From an uncultured Chloroflexia bacterium (GTDB lineage: Bacteria; Chloroflexota; Limnocylindria; Limnocylindrales; CSP1-4): DNA of 64,000 bases. Each line of letters begins with the position of its first letter. Position 1 is the stretch's first letter. The stretch covers positions 1,162,871 through 1,226,870 of the forward strand of contig CAVZTK010000021.1 in the NCBI GenBank assembly GCA_963778155.1, written 5' to 3'. The notes beneath the pieces were generated by a model. That model was not told the origin of the DNA. It was given only the letters and a program-made list of their open reading frames with translations, and did not search any database. Shown piece by piece: positions 18,273-28,651 of this stretch. The translations under genes and the position numbers were made by a program.

Positions 18273-19373
18273 ATGAAGCCCTGGGGCGACCTGCCCGGCG
18301 ACGATCCGGCGGTCGACGGGGCCGGTCACGCGGCGGCCCACGCAGTCGAGCACGCCGAGACGGCCGCCGCCATCGCGGCCGCGGGCATCGACCTCGATCC
18401 GCCGCCGCCCGGCTCGCATCATCACGACGAGGCGCAACCCGCGCGACCACTCCCACCCGCACGTCCACTCGGGCCCCGGCGAGCCGCCGGTCATCGGCAT
18501 CGTCGGCGCCGGAGCGGTCGGGACGGCACTCGGCGTGGCGCTGAGCCGCGGCGGCTGGCCGATCCAGGCGGTCGCCAGCCGGGATGCCGCCCGGCGTGCG
18601 CGGTTCCGGTCGCTGGTGGACGTCACCCGCGTCTTCGCCGACCCCGAACCGATCCTCGACGAGGTCGAGCTGATCATCCTGGCCGTCCCGGACGACGCGA
18701 TCGCCGGGCTGGCCGGCATCGCTCCGGATGTACGGCGGCCAGGCGATGGTCCACACCAGCGGCGCGCTCGGGGCCGAGGTCCTGGCGCCGGCCATGGCCG
18801 CCGGGACCCAGATCGGCGCGTTCCATCCGCTGGTCGCCGTTCGCGGACACCGAGCGGGCGGTCGCGGCGCTCCACGGCGCCACGGTCGCGATCGAGGGCG
18901 ACGACCAGCTGGCAGCGATGCTCGCCGACATGGCGGAGGCGATCGGCGCGACGGCCGTCCGCCTGGCACCGGGCTCCAAGGCCGCCTATCACGCGGCCGC
19001 CGTCCTGGCTGCCGGCGGGTTCGTCGCCCTTCTCGACGCGATCGCGGAGCTCGGGCGGGTGGCCGGCCTCGATGAGGCCGGCTCGCTGGCGATCTATGGC
19101 CCGCTCATCGAGGGCACCCTCGGGAACGCTCGTGCGCTCGGGATCCGCGCCGCATTGACCGGCCCGATGACCCGTGGCGACATCGGCACGCTGGTCGCCC
19201 ATCTGGCCACGTTGCGCGCGCACGCACCAGGCGTCGTGGATCTGTACGTGGCCGCGGCGCGGCGCGAGATCGATCTGGCGCTGGAGCGTGGCGCGCTGGC
19301 ACCGGCGATGGCGACCGACATGCGGAATGCGCTCGCGTCGGCCTTGCAAGCCCCGGCCGAACCGGTACCATAG
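18273..19373 (+). pseudogene. Rossmann-fold/DUF2520-type putative oxidoreductase, about 3 frame breaks
   Basis: PPVIGIVGAGAVGTALGVAL...ILAVPDDAI (frame 1), YGGQAMVHTSGALGAEVL...FHPLV (frame 2), FADTERAVAALHGATVAIEGDD...TGPMTRGD (frame 0). Breaks near 18475, 18727 and 18839. Confidence 0.65.
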
Positions 19374-19687
19374 CCTCCCATGGATCACAGCATCGCGGCC
19401 AAGTACGCGGCCCGGCCGGCGGCCCATTTCGTGCGTCCCTCGACGCGGGTCAGGGAGCGCCGGCTCGGCCTCCGACCGTCGAGCTCGTTCAACGCACCGG
19501 CCGCGCACGCGACGGTCGTCCGCGGTCCCGAGGTCGCGCCGCTGACTCGCATCCGCGCCGGGTGGCGCGCCATCCAGCCGGCCGTGCCGAGGCGACGCGG
19601 CGGCGGTCGACCGGGTCCGGCCGTGATCATGCAGTGGGCCCGATCCGGGCGCGCCGGCACGCCTCGACCGGGCGCCTCGTCGGCGCC

Positions 19688-20182
19688 GTGGCAAGGCTGA
19701 GGACCTCGACCGCCACTTCCGCCGGCGGGATCGTCGTTCGGTTCGAATCGGGCCAGCCGTGGCTGGTCGTCGGGAGCCGCCGGCGCGAGCGCGATGGCCG
19801 GACGTGGACCCTTCCGAAGGGCACGCCGAACCCGGGCGAGACACGCGAGCAGACCGCGCTCCGTGAGGTCCGCGAGGAGACCGGGCTCGAGGTCCGGATC
19901 ACCGGCCCGCTCGATTCGATCGAGTACTGGTTCGTCCAGTCGGGGACGCGCATCCACAAGACCGTCCACTACTTCCTGATGGAGCCGGTCGGTGGCGACC
20001 TGGCGGCCCACGACCACGAGTTCGACGAGGTCCGCTGGATCACCTTCGAGAGCGCGGGGTCGCTGCTCACGTTCGAGACCGAGCGAGCGCTCGTCGCGCG
20101 GGCCGGCGAGATCCTGGCCACACGATCGGCGCCCGATGACACGGCGCCGACGGCGACGAAGCGCGCCGAGGCCGCCTCGTGA
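19688..20182 (+). CDS. NUDIX hydrolase
   Basis: Nudix box GTPNPGETREQTALREVREETGLEV. GTG 19688 chosen as start (ORF open from 19562). Stop overlaps the gcvT GTG (GTGA). Confidence 0.85.
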   Translation: MARLRTSTATSAGGIVVRFESGQPWLVVGSRRRERDGRTWTLPKGTPNPGETREQTALREVREETGLEVRITGPLDSIEYWFVQSGTRIHKTVHYFLMEPVGGDLAAHDHEFDEVRWITFESAGSLLTFETERALVARAGEILATRSAPDDTAPTATKRAEAAS

Positions 20183-21296
20183 CGGACACCGCCGACGCGA
20201 CCATCCATCTCACGCCGCTGGCCGACGCACATCGCGCCCTCGGCGCCCGCCTGATCGAGTTCAGCGGCTGGCTGATGCCGGTCCAGTACGGCTCGATCCT
20301 CGAGGAGCACCGGACGGTGCGCGAGCGGGTCGGGCTGTTCGACCTGTCGCACATGGGCGAGCTCTACGTGGAGGGGCCCGAATCCGGTCACGCCCTCGCC
20401 GCGGCACTCGTGTCGGACCCGCCGAGCCTCGCGATCGGACGCGCCCAGTACTCGATGATGTGCATGGACGACGGCGGGATCGTCGACGACCTGATCGTCT
20501 ACCGCCTCGGCGAGACCCGCTACCTGGTGGTCGCCAACGCGGGCAACGCGCCGATCGTGTCGGACGCTCTGGCGACGCGGCTGGCCGGGTTCGCGGCCGT
20601 GCTCGACGATCGCTCGCTGGCGACCGGCCTGCTGGCGGTCCAGGGGCCGCGCGCGGTCGGAGACGCTCGCGCCGCTGACCGACGTGGACCTGGGCGCCCT
20701 GCGCTACTACGCGGCCGCCGAGGGCAAGGTGGCCGGTATCGATGCCCTCGTCGCCCGGACGGGCTACACCGGCGAGGACGGGTTCGAGGTGTTCGTCGAC
20801 ACCGCGCGGACCGTCGAGCTGTGGGACGTCCTGCTCGAGGCGGTGCGGGCCCATGACGGGCTGCCGATCGGCCTCGGGGCGCGGGACACGCTGCGGCTCG
20901 AGGCAGGCATGCCGCTGTACGGCAACGAGCTCGACCTCGACACGAACCCGTACGAGGCTGGTCTCGGGCGGGTCGTCAAGCTCGACCAAGCCGGGCGACT
21001 TCGTCGGTCGGGCCGCGCTCGAGAAGGTCGATCGCGACGGACCGGCTCGCCGCCTCGTCGGCCTCATCGTCGAGGGGCGCGGGATCGCCCGCCACGGCTA
21101 CGCGGTCTTCGCCGGGGATCGGCGGACCGGGGTCGTCACCAGCGGGACACAGTCGCCGACGCTGGGCGTCCCGATCGCCATGGCCTACGTCGCGCCGGGC
21201 GACGCCGAGCCGGGTACCGTTGTCGATGTCGAGATCCGCGATGCCCGCGTCCCGGCGCGGGTGGTCGCTCTGCCGTTCTACAAGAGGGGTGCCTGA
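20179..21296 (+). pseudogene. gcvT: Glycine cleavage T protein (aminomethyltransferase), 2 frame breaks (~20659, ~20987)
   Basis: LIEFSGWLMPVQY...LFDLSHMGE...[10 protein letters not shown] | [17 protein letters not shown]...[12 protein letters not shown]...LGRVVKLD | [11 protein letters not shown]...ALPFYKRG, read across three frames. Confidence 0.9.
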
Positions 21297-21300
21297 GCCC

Positions 21301-21685
21301 ATGGTCCCGAGCGATCTGCGCTATACGAAGGACCACGAGTGGGTCCGCATCGACGGGCGACGAGGCGACCATCGGGATCACGGCCTACGCGGCCGACCAG
21401 CTGGGCGACATCGTGTTCGTCGAGCTGCCCGAAGCCGGCCGGACGCTCGACCAGTTCGCGACGTTCGGCGTGGTCGAGTCGGTCAAGGCCGTCAGCGACC
21501 TGTTCGCCCCGCTCAGCGGCGAGGTCGACGCGCGACGAACGCCGACCTCGGCGCCAAGCCCCGAGCTGGTCAACAGCGACCCGTTCGGTGGCGGCTGGAT
21601 GATCCGGCTCCGCGTGTCCGACGCGGGCCAGGTCGACGCCCTGCTCGACGCCGACGCCTACGACGCCCTGATCGCCGCCGGCTGA
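21301..21685 (+). pseudogene. gcvH: Glycine cleavage H protein, about 3 frame breaks (~21357, ~21535, ~21562)
   Basis: [19 protein letters not shown] | [24 protein letters not shown]...[18 protein letters not shown] | ..TNADLGAKP | [16 protein letters not shown]. Lipoyl-lysine motif ESVKA is present. Confidence 0.88.
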
Positions 21686-21692
21686 GCCGTCG

Positions 21693-23092
21693 ATGCCGTA
21701 CGGTCCCCATACCGCCGACGACCGGGCGAGGATGCTCGAGGCGCTCGGACTGACGTCGGTCGACCAGCTGTTCGAGGACATCCCGGTCGAGCTCCGGGCC
21801 TCGCCCCTCGACCTGCCCGAGCCGGAGCCCGAGCTCGAGCTGGCGGCGCGGCTGACCGGGCTGGCCGCCCGCAACCGGACGGATCTGGCCTCGTTCCTCG
21901 GCGCCGGGGTGTATCGCCACTGGTGCCCGCCGGCGGTCGACCAGCTGCTCCTGCGCGGCGAGTGGTACACGGCCTACACGCCGTACCAGCCGGAGATCAG
22001 CCAGGGCACGCTCCAGAGCATCTACGAGTACGAGTCGCTGCTGGCCGAGCTGGTCGACCTCGACGTCGTCTCGGCATCGCACTACGACGGCGCGGCGGCC
22101 ACCGCCGAGGCGGCGCTGATGACCTGTCGCGCCACGCGCCGCGAGCGGGTCCTCGATCTCGCGCGGCGTGCATCCGCACTACCGGGCGACGACGCGGACG
22201 TACTTCGAGGGCGGGCTCGAGCTCGAGGAGATCCCGCTGGTCGACCGATGGCGACGCCGCCGGCACGACCGACCTGGCCGCGCTCGAGCGGATGCTGGCC
22301 GATCCCGGCCGCCCGGTGGCCGGCGTGATCGCCGCCCAGCCCGACTTCCTCGGCCTGCTCGAGCCGATGCCCGAGATCGGGCGGCTGGCGCACGCGGCCG
22401 GCGCCCTGTTCGTCGCCGTCGTCGAGCCGGTCAGCCTGGCGGTCCTCGCCCCGCCCGGCGCCTACGGCGCGGACATCGCCGCCGGCGAGGGCCAGCCGCT
22501 CGGCATCGCGCCCGCAGTACGGCGGCCCGTACCTCGGCATCCTCGCCTCGACCGACGCCCTCGTCCGCCAGATCCCGGGCCGGCTCGTCGGGATGACGAC
22601 CGACCTCGACGGCCGGCGGGCGTTCGTGATGACCATGCGCGCGCGCGAGCAGGACATCCGGCGCGACAAGGCGGCCAGCAACATCTGCACCAACCAGGCG
22701 CTCCTGGCGCTGGCCGCCTCGATCTATCTCGCCACGCTCGGGTCCGCACGGTCTGCGTGACGTCGCCGCGCTCGGCGCGGCGCGGGCCGCCGAGCTCGAG
22801 GCGGCGCTGGCAGCGGTCGGCGTCCCGCGCCTCCACGCGGGTCCGTACCTCAACGAGTTCGTCATCCGCGTGCCCGACGCGCGGACCGTCCACCGGCGGC
22901 TGCTCGACGGCGGGCGTCCTGGCCGGCCTCGTCCTCGCCGACGCCGAGCCGGACGACCCGGACCTCGCCGACGGCCTGCTCGTGTGCGCCACCGAGGTCA
23001 CGACGCCGGCCGAGATCGCGACCTTCGCCGGCGCGCTGTCGGCCGTCCTTGCCGATTTCGACATCCCGGCCGTCGCGGAGCCCGTCCGATGA
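21693..23092 (+). pseudogene. gcvPA: Glycine dehydrogenase (decarboxylating) subunit 1, about 5 frame breaks
   Basis: [19 protein letters not shown]...[14 protein letters not shown] (frame 0), [14 protein letters not shown] (1), [14 protein letters not shown]...[10 protein letters not shown] (2), [12 protein letters not shown]...[10 protein letters not shown] (0), [10 protein letters not shown]...NEFVIRVP (1), VLAGLVLAD...CATEVTT (2). Breaks near 22155, 22246, 22514, 22743 and 22915. Confidence 0.9.
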
Positions 23093-23117
23093 GCCCGCCC
23101 GCGGGCGGGGGCGTGGC

Positions 23118-24621
23118 ATGAGCGTCACCGGCGAGCGCCTCCAGCCGACGCTCTTCGAGCGCAGCCGGCCGGGGCGCGGTGGCGGCAAGATCCCGCACCC
23201 GCCCAAGGACGCGCTCGAGCGGATCCCTGCGGCTGCCCGGCGGGTGACCGGCCCGGCGCTGCCCGAGATGAACGAGCCCGACGTCGTGCGCCACTACGTC
23301 AACCTGTCACAGCTCAACTACGCGGTCGACACCGGGTTCTACCCGCTCGGCTCGTGCACGATGAAGTTCAACCCCAAGCTCAACGAGTGGGCGGCCCGGC
23401 TGCCCGGCTTCGCGGGCCTCCATCCGATGGCGCCGGACGAGGTCGCGCAGGGGACGCTGCAGCTGCTGTGGGAGCTGGAGCGGGCGCTGGCCGAGATCTC
23501 CGGCATGCGCGCGGTCACCCTCCAGCCGGCCGCCGGCGCCCAGGGCGAGCTGACCGGGATCCTGATGATCCGTGCCTACCACCGTTCTCGCGGCGACGCC
23601 CGAGCGCGACCGAGGTCCTCGTCCCGGACTCCAGCCACGGGACGAACCCGGCGACCGCGTCGATGGCCGGCTACCAGACGATCACCGTCCCGTCGGCCGC
23701 GGACGGCGGTGTCGACCTCGACGCGTTCCGCGCGGCGCTCGGGCCGCGGACCGCCGCGGTGATGATCACCAACCCGTCCACGCTGGGCCTGTTCGAGGCG
23801 CGGATCGGCGAGCTGCTCGACGCCGTCCACGAGGCGGGCGCGCTGGCCTACATGGACGGCGCGAACCTGAACGCGATCCTCGGCCGGTTCAAGCCGGGCG
23901 AGGCCGGCTTCGACGTCATGCACTTCAACGTCCACAAGACGTTCTCGACGCCGCACGGCGGCGGCGGTCCGGGCGCCGGACCGGTCGGGGTGGGGGAGAC
24001 CCTGCTCCCGTACCTGCCCGCGCCCGCGCGTCCTGCGCGAGGACGACGGGACGTTCCGCCTCGAGCGGCCCGGGGAGCGGCCGACCTCGATCGGCCGGCT
24101 GCGCAGCTTCGTCGGCAACACGGGCGTCCTCGTGCGGGCGTACGCCTACATCCGTGCGCATGGCGCGTCCGGCCTGCGCGAGGTCAGCGACGACGCGGTC
24201 CTCGCCGCCAACTACCTCAAGCATCGGCTGGCGGGCACGTACGACATCCCGTACGACCGGCGCCTGCAAGCACGAGTTCGTCGCGTCGGCCGCGACCATC
24301 AAGAAGGAGACCGGCGTCCGGACCCTCGACATCGCCAAGCGCCTCATCGACTACGGCTACCACCCGCCGACGATCTACTTCCCGCTGATCGTCGAGGAGG
24401 GGATGCTGATCGAGCCGACCGAGACCGAGTCGGTCGAGACGCTCGACGCGTTCGCCGACGCGCTGATCGCGATCGCCGGCGAGGCCGAGACGTCCCCGGA
24501 CCTCGTCACGAGCGCGCCGCACAGTGCCCCGGTCCGCCGCCTGGACGAGGCGACGGCCGCCCGTCATCCCAACCTGCGCTGGCGCGGGATGACCGGTGCG
24601 GAGACGCCGTGCCCCGATTGA
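23118..24621 (+). pseudogene. gcvPB: Glycine dehydrogenase (decarboxylating) subunit 2, about 4 frame breaks
   Basis: [11 protein letters not shown]...[10 protein letters not shown]...RAYHRSRGD (0), [16 protein letters not shown]...[18 protein letters not shown] (2), [19 protein letters not shown]...ANYLKHRL (0), CKHEFVASA...[23 protein letters not shown] (1). Breaks near 23600-23612 (two), 24027 and 24264. Confidence 0.9.
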
Positions 24622-24665
24622 CGGAGCCCCCGGACCAGCCGACCGAACGTTTGTTAGGTCACGAG

Positions 24666-24694
24666 TTGACAGTCCGCGAATTGCTGTGGATAGT
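24666..24694 (+). promoter_or_regulatory. Candidate sigma-70-type promoter for ABC operon 1
   Basis: TTGACA (24666-24671), 17 nt, GATAGT (24689-24694), ~170 nt upstream of the binding-protein ATG. Both hexamers are unusual in this GC-rich background. Confidence 0.4.
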
Positions 24695-24862
24695 ACCGGC
24701 AGCGCACCGACCTGATCCGTGCTGGCGCCGCTGCTCGCCCATCGGCCGAAACGAGCGGGAGGCTCGATGAGGACCGAGCGAGCAACTTGAATCGGCGTTG
24801 AGATGTGCGGCGGGCCGCGGTAGCGAGTCATCTCGGGTAGCAACCCGTTCGGAGGAGAACCC

Positions 24863-26644
24863 ATGCAGAAACGTCTACTTGGCATCGTAGCCAGCATCGC
24901 CGTCATCTCGGCGGCATGCGGCGGTGCCGCCACCTCGTCGGCGCCCGCGGCGTCGCAGCCGGCGGCTTCCGCGCCGGCAGCGTCCTCGGGCACGCCCGCG
25001 GGCTCGGCCGCGCCCTCGAGCTCGGCCGCGGCCGCGTCGGGTGGGCCTCTTGCCGCCGACCAGGTCCTTCACGTGTCCCTCGGCGCCGAGGATCCGGACT
25101 CGCTCGATCCGAGCCTGGCTTCGACCAGCACGGACATCGGTGTCCTCCACGCCCTCGACCGGGGCCTGATCTACTTCGACAAGGACCTCAACCCGGTCCC
25201 GTCGCTGGCCACCGCGCTGCCGACCATCTCGGCCGACGGCCTGACCTACACGTTCACCCTGCGCGACGGCGCGAAGTACAGCAACGGCGACCCGATCGTC
25301 GCCGGTGACCTCGTGTACGCCTGGAAGCGGATCATCGATCCGCGGACCGCGTCGACCTACCAGGCCTTCTACGCCGACGTCAAGGGCGGCGCCGAGATCC
25401 TGGCCCTGACCGGCAAGAAGCCGGCCGCCACGGACGCCGAGATCGACGCCGCGCTCGCCAACTACGGCGTGTCGGCTCCCGACGACAAGACGTTCGTCAT
25501 CACCCTCGCCCATCCGGCCGGCTACTTCCTCGACATCGTCGGGTTGTGGGGCGCCGGGCCGATCGAGAAGAAGTGGGTCGAGACCCCCAACTTCACCGAG
25601 GCCGCCAACTACGTCAGCTCAGGGCCCTTCATGATGAAGGACTGGACCCACCAGGCGTCCATCACCCTGGTCCCGAACCCGAACTGGTACGGCCAGAAGC
25701 CGACCCTCACCGAGATCGACTTCAAGATCGGTGGCGATCCGACCGCTGACCAGGCGACCTTCGAAGCCGGCCAGCTCGACATGCTCGCGGCGAGCCCGCC
25801 CGACGTGCCGCGCATCAAGGCCGACGCGACGCTTGGCCCGATGGTCCAGACCCAGCCGGTCCTCGTGACCGACTACTGGGGCTTCAACACCGCCAGTGGC
25901 CCGACCGCCAATGTCCACCTCCGCCGTGCCCTGTCGATGGCCATCGACAAGGACACCATGCTGACCACCGTCTACGGTGGCCAGGGTGAAGTCGCCGATA
26001 GCCTGATCCCGCCGGGCATGCCCGGACACCAGGATGGCATCGGCCTCAAGTACGACGTCGCCGGTGCGCAGACAGAGCTCGCTCAGGCGCTCACGGAGCT
26101 CGGCACCACCGACACCAACAAGGACGGCAAGGTCAGCGCCGCCGACCTCCCGCCGCTGACGTTCGGGTTCAACACCAACGCCGGCCACGAGCTTCCGTCG
26201 GCCTACATGCAGAACCAGTGGCGGACCAACCTGGGCGTCCAGAGCACCCTCGTCGGCGAGACCTTCGACCAGTTCCTGGTCGATCGCCCGGCCGGCAAGT
26301 TCTCGATCGCCCGGAACGCCTGGGGCGCGGACTATCCGCACCCGGACAACTGGCTTCGCGCGCTGTTCCAGAGCCAGAGCGGCAACAACGACTCGCTGTA
26401 CAAGAACCCGCAGTACGACGCCCTTGTCGCGCAGGCCGGCGCCGAGCCTGACCTGACCAAGTCGATCGCGCTGTACAACCAGGCCCAGGAACTCCTGGTC
26501 CAGGATGCTCCCGCGGTGTTCACCCGCTGGCGCGTCAGCAACTACGAAGTCGAGCCGTATGTCCAGGGTGTCCAGGGCACAGCCCAGGATTCCGTCGTCA
26601 TCGGCGACTACTTCTACGAGAACATCTCGATCGCGCAGCACTAG
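24863..26644 (+). CDS. ABC transporter substrate-binding lipoprotein, family 5 (peptide/nickel type)
   Basis: 593 aa. GGAGGAG RBS, lipobox AVISAAC, Ala/Ser/Pro linker, then family-5 SBP-like sequence (PSLATALP...YTFTLRDGAKYSNGDP). Confidence 0.9.
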   Translation: MQKRLLGIVASIAVISAACGGAATSSAPAASQPAASAPAASSGTPAGSAAPSSSAAAASGGPLAADQVLHVSLGAEDPDSLDPSLASTSTDIGVLHALDRGLIYFDKDLNPVPSLATALPTISADGLTYTFTLRDGAKYSNGDPIVAGDLVYAWKRIIDPRTASTYQAFYADVKGGAEILALTGKKPAATDAEIDAALANYGVSAPDDKTFVITLAHPAGYFLDIVGLWGAGPIEKKWVETPNFTEAANYVSSGPFMMKDWTHQASITLVPNPNWYGQKPTLTEIDFKIGGDPTADQATFEAGQLDMLAASPPDVPRIKADATLGPMVQTQPVLVTDYWGFNTASGPTANVHLRRALSMAIDKDTMLTTVYGGQGEVADSLIPPGMPGHQDGIGLKYDVAGAQTELAQALTELGTTDTNKDGKVSAADLPPLTFGFNTNAGHELPSAYMQNQWRTNLGVQSTLVGETFDQFLVDRPAGKFSIARNAWGADYPHPDNWLRALFQSQSGNNDSLYKNPQYDALVAQAGAEPDLTKSIALYNQAQELLVQDAPAVFTRWRVSNYEVEPYVQGVQGTAQDSVVIGDYFYENISIAQH

Positions 26645-26665
26645 ACGACACGGTCGTCACCAGAA

Positions 26666-26693
26666 GCGGGAGTCGGCCTCGCCCGGCTCCCGC
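26666..26693 (+). promoter_or_regulatory. Intercistronic hairpin after the binding-protein gene
   Basis: gcgggag-14 nt-ctcccgc, 22 nt after the stop and inside a 138-nt gap before the permease gene. Confidence 0.35.
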
Positions 26694-26782
26694 CAAGACC
26701 CCGGGCCGTGGGCGCGTACGATCGCTCTCGCGGACCGGGGACTTCTCGCATATCGGTTAGGGACTGACCCAAGAGGGATCGG

Positions 26783-27700
26783 ATGATCAGGTATATCGCA
26801 CGTCGTGTCTTGTGGATCATCCCGGTGCTCTTCGTGGTCTCCCTGATCACCTTCTCGCTCATGCACGCCGTGCCAGGTGGGCCGTGGGCCCGCGAGAAGG
26901 CCGTTCCCGCGGCCATGGTCGCCCGCCTCAACGAGAAGTACGGACTCGACCAGCCGGTCCCCGTCCAGTACATCACCTGGGTCGGGAACCTCCTGCAGGG
27001 GAACCTCGGGCCCTCCTACAAGTTCCAGGACCGGACCGTCAACGACATCGTCGGTGGCGGGATCTGGACCACCGTCCAGCTCGGCCTGATGGCATTCTTC
27101 CTGTCGGTCGCGGTCGGCATCCCGCTGGGGGTGATCGCCGCGCTCGGCCACAACCGGTGGCCCGACTACGCCGCGACCGGGATCTCGGTCCTTGGCATCG
27201 CCACGCCCAGCTTCGTGCTGGCCATCCTGCTGATCCTCTTATTCGGGGTGACGCTGAAGATGTTGCCCACGGGTGGCTGGAAGGGTCCTGAGACCTGGAT
27301 CCTGCCGACCATCGCCCTGGCCAGCTTCCCGATCGCGATCATCACCCGTTACACGCGGGCGTCGATGCTCGAGGTCACCCGCAAGGACTACGTCCGGACT
27401 GCCCAGAGCAAGGGCGTCGCCGACCGCGCGGTGGTCACCCGGCACATGATCCGGAACGCCCTCATCCCGGTGATCACGATCCTCGGCCCGACGCTGGCGT
27501 TCCTCGTGACGGGCTCGTTCATCATCGAGTCGATCTTCGGCATCCCGGGCATCGGGCGCTACTACATCACCTCGATCGGCCAGCACGACTACGGCGTCCT
27601 GATGGCGATGACCGTCCTGTACGCGTTCGTCGTCGCCTTCCTCAACGTCATCGTCGATGTGCTCTACGCCTTCATCGACCCGCGTATCCGGTTCAGCTAG
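26783..27700 (+). CDS. ABC transporter permease (DppB/OppB type)
   Basis: 305 aa. N-terminal MIRYIARRVLWIIPVLFVVSLITF and an EAA-type loop (YVRTAQSKGVADRAVVTRHMIRNAL). Confidence 0.92.
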   Translation: MIRYIARRVLWIIPVLFVVSLITFSLMHAVPGGPWAREKAVPAAMVARLNEKYGLDQPVPVQYITWVGNLLQGNLGPSYKFQDRTVNDIVGGGIWTTVQLGLMAFFLSVAVGIPLGVIAALGHNRWPDYAATGISVLGIATPSFVLAILLILLFGVTLKMLPTGGWKGPETWILPTIALASFPIAIITRYTRASMLEVTRKDYVRTAQSKGVADRAVVTRHMIRNALIPVITILGPTLAFLVTGSFIIESIFGIPGIGRYYITSIGQHDYGVLMAMTVLYAFVVAFLNVIVDVLYAFIDPRIRFS

Positions 27701-27712
27701 GAGTCCTGCTCG

Positions 27713-28651
27713 ATGGCCACCGAAACCCTCCGTGGCGGCATCGCCAAGCCCCAGCCGTCGGCCAGCCTCTGGCGCGACGCGTTCGGGCGGCTCCGGAAGA
27801 ACAAGCTGGCGATGGTCGGGCTGATCCTGGTCGGCTTCGTGACGTTCATCGCCATCTTCGGCTCGATCCTGGCCCCCTACAACTACCAGGACCAGGACCT
27901 CGCGGCGGTCGTCGCCAACAAGGGCCAGCCGCTCCCGCCGCTGAGCGGCGGCCACATCCTCGGCACCGACCAGATCGGGCGTGACCTCCTCAGCAGGCTG
28001 ATGGACGGGGCCAGGATCAGCATGTCGGTGGCGATCGTCGTCCAGATCGTGGTCATCTGCATCGGCGTGCCGATCGGCGCCATGGCCGGCTGGTTCGGCG
28101 GCCGGACCGACAACCTGCTGATGCGCTTCACCGACGTCATGTACGCCTTCCCGGACCTCCTGTTCATCATCCTGCTGACGGTGGTGTTCAAGCAGACGCC
28201 GTTCGGCCAGGCGATGGACGGGCTGCTGCTCGTGTTCGTGGCGATCGGGCTCACCACCTGGGTGACCGTCGGCCGGCTCGTCCGCGGCCAGATGCTGGCG
28301 CTCAAGGAGACCGAGTTCGTCGAGGCCGCCAAGGCGATCGGCGTGTCCGACCGCAAGATCGTGACCAAGCACCTGCTCCCGAACGGCATCGGGCCGATCA
28401 TCGTGGCGATCACGCTGGGCATCCCGGCGGCGATCCTGGCCGAGGCGACGCTCGCCTACATCGGGATCGGTGTCCAGGCACCGCGTGCGTCGTGGGGCAG
28501 CCTCATCAACGACGGGCAGGCGGTCATCCGGTCGAGTCCGTGGCTGACGTTCTTCCCGGCGGTCTGCATCGCCGTCGCGCTGATCAGCTTCACGTTCGTG
28601 GGCGACGGTCTCCGTGACGCCCTCGATCCGAAGCTGAAGGGGAAGCAATAG
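27713..28651 (+). CDS. ABC transporter permease (DppC/OppC type)
   Basis: 312 aa with ILGTDQIGRDLLSRL and FVEAAKAIGVSDRKIVTKHLLPN. Confidence 0.92.
   Translation: MATETLRGGIAKPQPSASLWRDAFGRLRKNKLAMVGLILVGFVTFIAIFGSILAPYNYQDQDLAAVVANKGQPLPPLSGGHILGTDQIGRDLLSRLMDGARISMSVAIVVQIVVICIGVPIGAMAGWFGGRTDNLLMRFTDVMYAFPDLLFIILLTVVFKQTPFGQAMDGLLLVFVAIGLTTWVTVGRLVRGQMLALKETEFVEAAKAIGVSDRKIVTKHLLPNGIGPIIVAITLGIPAAILAEATLAYIGIGVQAPRASWGSLINDGQAVIRSSPWLTFFPAVCIAVALISFTFVGDGLRDALDPKLKGKQ

Noticed and set aside
19374-19687. A glycine riboswitch upstream of the gcv operon, and the 106-aa ORF 19380-19700.
   Set aside because: Conserved glycine-aptamer strings were searched for by eye and not found. The ORF is Arg/Pro/Ala-rich with poor third-position GC, so it is not called as a gene.
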